DNA from: Planctomycetota bacterium
GTDB lineage: Bacteria; Planctomycetota; GCA-002687715; DRQF01
Assembly (NCBI GenBank): GCA_036479435.1
Contig: JAZGFI010000066.1
Span: 1 to 25,147, forward strand
DNA length: 25,147 nt
Direction of reading: 5' to 3'
The position numbers and the translations under genes are program-made. Of the stretch, positions 22,801-25,147 are shown piece by piece (the first letter of the stretch is position 1; the number at the start of each line of letters is the position of its first letter). Under the pieces are notes generated by a model that ran no database searches, was not told the DNA's origin, and saw only the letters and a list, made by a program, of their open reading frames with translations.

Positions 22801-25147
22801 TGGACTTCCACCCGTTACCCTCTATATGGAGCGTGGAGCCGTCGCCCTCTACAGTCGCAACGGCGGAAATGTCCTGGCCAGAGCCGGCGTACGAATCGAT
22901 GGAGACCTCATTGAAATCCACCGACGTGCCAGCTCCGCCCGAGGCGGTGAGTGAAACCAGGCCGCCTTCTTCGACGGCGAAGTCCGAGCCTGCATTCGCG
23001 ACCGGCGCATCGTTGTCGGCTTCTACCGTGATGGTGACCATGTCAACAGTTTCGTTGGTTCCGTCGCTGACATGCAGCTCGAAAGTGATCTCAGTATCTG
23101 CCAGACCTTCGGGAGCGGTGAACGTCGGGCTGGTCGCATGGTTGTCGTCCAGGACCACCGTTGGGCCGCCGGTTTGCACCCAGGTGTAGGTGAGCTCCTC
23201 ACCTTCGACGTCGTGCGTCGGCGCCGAATTTGTCCCATCGGAAATTGTAATGTTGCGGTAATAACTCTCCGCGTCACTCGGACCCGAATCGTGGTCATTC
23301 GCAAAGAAGAGACTGTCGAATTCTCCAGTGTAGAATTCTCCGATCGGAATCTCGAAGTGCACCCATTCTCCGTCGCCAGAGTAGAGGTCTACCGCACCGT
23401 CTATCCCCCAAGTCTGCGTCCCGCCCAACTTGAAGGTCTGTTCAGGGCTGAGACTGCTGTCGTTGTCGAATCCGATTCCGTGGATCTCGCCGAGCTCAGT
23501 GACTTTGAAGTCGAACGAAAGTACGGTGTCTTCCGTGATGGCCGCTGGGAATTCGATCGACTTCCAACCGTTGCCAGTCAGATGGAGTGTACTTCCGCCA
23601 TCTTCGACCGTGGCCACTGCGGAGATGTCTTGGCCGGAACCGGCGTATGAGTCGATGGGCACGTCGTTGAAGTCGACTGTTGTGCCGCTTCCGCCTTCGT
23701 CCCCGCCACCCGCGGAAAGCGTGACCACGTCGCCTTCTTCAACAACCAAGTCTAAGCCAGCGTCCGCGACGGGCGGATCGTTATCGGCCTCCACTGTGAT
23801 GTCGACGGTATCGACCGATTCGCTAGTGCCGTCGCTGACGTGTAGCTCGAATGTGATGACAGTGTTGCAAAGGCAGTCCGGGGCGGTGAATCTCGGGTTT
23901 GGAGAATGGGAGTCGTCGAGGGCTACGGTGGGACCGCTTACCTGAACCCACTCGTAGCTGAGTGCATCGCCGTCGACATCTTCGCCGCTCCCTGCCAAGA
24001 TGACGACATCGGTCCCGGACACCGACTGGTCAGAACCCGCGTCGGCGGTTGCGGCGTCGTTTTCAGGCGTGACCTCGATCTCGATCGTCGCCGTCGTTTC
24101 ACTGCCGTCCGAATCTATGGCCGTGTAGGTAAAAGTGTCGGTTCCGTGAAAATTCTCGTCTGGCGCATAAGTAAGACTTCCGTCGCCATGATCGGTCAAG
24201 GTCCCATGGCTGGGCTGTGCGACCGAGGTGACTGCCAGTCCACCAGAGCTGCTCCCCAAGAGGTCCTCTATTAGTAGGGTTCCATCTTCGGGGATCTCAT
24301 AGAGACCATCCTCCACTTGGGGGCTCTCAAAGGCGGGATCGAGGATAAGATCGAGATCGTGGTCGGCGTCCCATATGGCGCTGCGAATCGTCGCGGTCCC
24401 GCTACTGCTTTCGACTGTGCCGAAATCACCGCTGTGAGTGTTGGAGACAATGAGGTCTTGCACTGATCCCGATTCACTCAGAGTCAGGATATCGAGTGCA
24501 AGATGGGAATCGGCGCCGACATCAACGCTGCCTTCTACTGTGAGCTGCTCGTAGTCGCCAGGGTTCGTTCCCGGGACTGAAAGCTGAATAGTGCCACTAT
24601 TGCTGATGCTTAGATCGCCATTGATCGTGCCAGCGCCCGAAAGGGTCCCGCCGTTGACATCCACTTCGCCGCCCACAGCGATCTCGTGGCCGCCCAGGAT
24701 GAGTTCGCCGTTTTGGATTTCGAGATCTTGGCCGGACCCCTGCAGGTTCAGGTCAGAGTCGAGCACCACGGTGCCTGAAGGTTTGTCAATGACGAAGTCG
24801 CCGTTGGGCAGATCGAGGACGTCAAGGGTTTGGGCCCCGTCGCCGTCCAAGATAATGCCTGCGCTGCCGCTAACGCTGCCATCTTGTGAATCAAGATCCC
24901 CAGAAAGAACGATATTGGCGCCTTGCAGGCTGCTGACTGAACGGATCTCGAGGTCGCCGTCGACGTCCAAGTCGCTGGCGAGAGTGATGCTACTGCCGGT
25001 GAGGATGACGTCTCCGAAGCTGGAATCTTGGGCGTCGATAGTGCCGTAGGAGACTTGAAACTCGACGGTGGCGTTGCTGGCATCGACGCTGCCGTTTTCG
25101 ACGATGAAGTCGCCGCTGAGTTGGACGTGATCTGCGAAGGTGACTTG
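19889..25147 (-). CDS. Giant acidic surface/adhesin-like protein, 5'-truncated by the window edge (beta-helix-like region, one Big_9/cadherin-like repeat, seven PKD/K319L-like Ig repeats, three lectin-like inserts, acidic linker)
   Basis: Frame stays open from 24970 to base 25147 (QVTFADHVQLSGDFIV...). DGSLTYAPDENFHGTDTFTY is a tandem-95/Big_9 motif; AGxxQxVxEGxxVxLxGSGxDPEGxxLxYxWxQTGGP...FTAP...FELxVSDG-type repeats occur seven times. Confidence 0.9.
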   Translation of the reverse strand, partial: QVTFADHVQLSGDFIVENGSVDASNATVEFQVSYGTIDAQDSSFGDVILTGSSITLASDLDVDGDLEIRSVSSLQGANIVLSGDLDSQDGSVSGSAGIILDGDGAQTLDVLDLPNGDFVIDKPSGTVVLDSDLNLQGSGQDLEIQNGELILGGHEIAVGGEVDVNGGTLSGAGTINGDLSISNSGTIQLSVPGTNPGDYEQLTVEGSVDVGADSHLALDILTLSESGSVQDLIVSNTHSGDFGTVESSSGTATIRSAIWDADHDLDLILDPAFESPQVEDGLYEIPEDGTLLIEDLLGSSSGGLAVTSVAQPSHGTLTDHGDGSLTYAPDENFHGTDTFTYTAIDSDGSETTATIEIEVTPENDAATADAGSDQSVSGTDVVILAGSGEDVDGDALSYEWVQVSGPTVALDDSHSPNPRFTAPDCLCNTVITFELHVSDGTSESVDTVDITVEADNDPPVADAGLDLVVEEGDVVTLSAGGGDEGGSGTTVDFNDVPIDSYAGSGQDISAVATVEDGGSTLHLTGNGWKSIEFPAAITEDTVLSFDFKVTELGEIHGIGFDNDSSLSPEQTFKLGGTQTWGIDGAVDLYSGDGEWVHFEIPIGEFYTGEFDSLFFANDHDSGPSDAESYYRNITISDGTNSAPTHDVEGEELTYTWVQTGGPTVVLDDNHATSPTFTAPEGLADTEITFELHVSDGTNETVDMVTITVEADNDAPVANAGSDFAVEEGGLVSLTASGGAGTSVDFNEVSIDSYAGSGQDISAVATVEGDGSTLHIEGNGWKSIEFPATITEDTVLSFDFKATELGEIHGIGFDNDSSLSPDQTFKLGGSQTWGIDGAVDPYTVEGEWVHFEIPIGEFYTGDFDNLFFANDHDAGPSDAESFFRNISIFDGTEPAPTHDAEGEELTYTWVQTGGPTVVLDDPHATSPTFTAPSGDEDSELTFELHVSDGTNESVDTINITIEANNNIPVANAGTDIEVEEGGLVSLAASGGTSVDFNDVSIDSYAGSGQDISAVATVEDNGATLHLNGNGWKSIEFPATITEDTVLSFDFKATELGEIHGIGFDNDSSLSPDQTFKIGGTQTWGIGDAVDPYTADGEWVHFEIPIGEFYTGDFDSLFFANDHDAGPSDAESFFRNITISDGTESAPTHNDDGEALTYTWVQTGGPIVVLDDPHATSPTFTAPEGLTNSEITFELQVTDGSNTATDTVTVNVNADNDAPTAEAGQPQTVEEGDTVTLAGSGTDPEGEGLNYQWVQTGGPTVTLDDPTSASPTFTAPEGLSNTDITFELHVSDGTNESIDTVDITVEADNDAPTSQAGPAQTVAEGDSVSLAGSGTDPEGEGLTYQWVQTGGPTVTLDDPTSASPSFTAPEGLSNTDITFELHVSDGTNESVDTVTIEVEADNDAPTSQAGPAQTVTEGDTVSLAGSGTDPEGEGLTYEWVQTGGPTVTLDDPTSSNPSFTAPDGTEDTDIVFEFHVSDGTNGSVDTVSITVKAEDQPADEPSDDPQGETEDEPEVQPEGEPSETPPADTDEDPEGQPADEPSDDPQGETEDQPGDGPSDDPQGETEDDPADEPVTQEVDGPSEAPADDEEGDPGVEVEGNPEATDVPNSEPTLEPASIGQSDVSVENETEDSVEALPAPASAARSGLFGDYTVLYDLDQIMDESLDGDEDKIRDLNLELAQESKGQEAVPNVNDDAHEMWEASDREFDDIQFEISEGVQKEGLKSMLWAFLLRAASAVGLSERVKVDEDQDAKK
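20456..20669 (-). repeat. Three copies of a ~48-nt coding repeat (QPADEPSDDPQGETED) in the acidic linker
   Basis: Core CACCCTGTGGATC at 20464, 20512 and 20632 (offsets 48 and 120 nt, both multiples of 3). Confidence 0.85.
20675..21511 (-). repeat. Three tandem 279-nt (93-aa) PKD/K319L-like repeats without insert
   Basis: DNDAP starts at 21511, 21232 and 20953. Confidence 0.9.
21512..23790 (-). repeat. Three tandem ~750-nt units, each a PKD-like Ig repeat carrying a 444-nt inserted module
   Basis: Inserts VDFN...DG at 23234-23677, 22478-22921 and 21728-22171; periods 756 and 750 nt. Confidence 0.9.

Noticed and set aside
21668..22954. 428-aa + strand ORF and other antisense ORFs within the giant gene
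   Set aside because: Shadow frames of a repetitive, codon-biased coding strand with no independent motifs.

Overview
GC-rich bacterial chromosomal segment, densely coding, with no rRNA, tRNA, CRISPR array, transposase or phage gene that I can recognise. The gene set (PVC-type DksA tip motif, YHS/TRASH-repeat protein, PD40-M28-PDZ peptidase, tricorn protease, SO2930-like diheme cytochrome) suggests Planctomycetota/PVC, which is inference only. Left to right: hypothetical protein with unclear 5' end; small flagellar-rod-C-terminal-like protein; coupled FAD oxidoreductase + MnmM(YtqB) tRNA methyltransferase (-); APH-family kinase; secreted tricorn S41 protease; SDR; PD40-M28-PDZ peptidase (-); diheme cytochrome c; a perfect 35-bp inverted repeat; beta-propeller lipoprotein (-); map (-); cysS; dksA/traR lacking three of four Zn-finger cysteines, behind a structured leader; a Cys-rich triple YHS-like exported protein; a FecBCD/BtuFCD-type ABC importer; and the 3' 5.26 kb of a giant acidic surface protein (-) running off the right edge. 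Most notable: (1) a split MnmC-like oxidase + MnmM pair, (2) a Zn-free DksA / metal-binding protein / metal-chelate ABC cluster, (3) a 148-aa lectin-like module nested inside three PKD/K319L-type Ig repeats, (4) a REP/MITE-like palindrome with a degenerate second copy and a C/G skew that flips at it. Family assignments come from motif recognition, with no database search.
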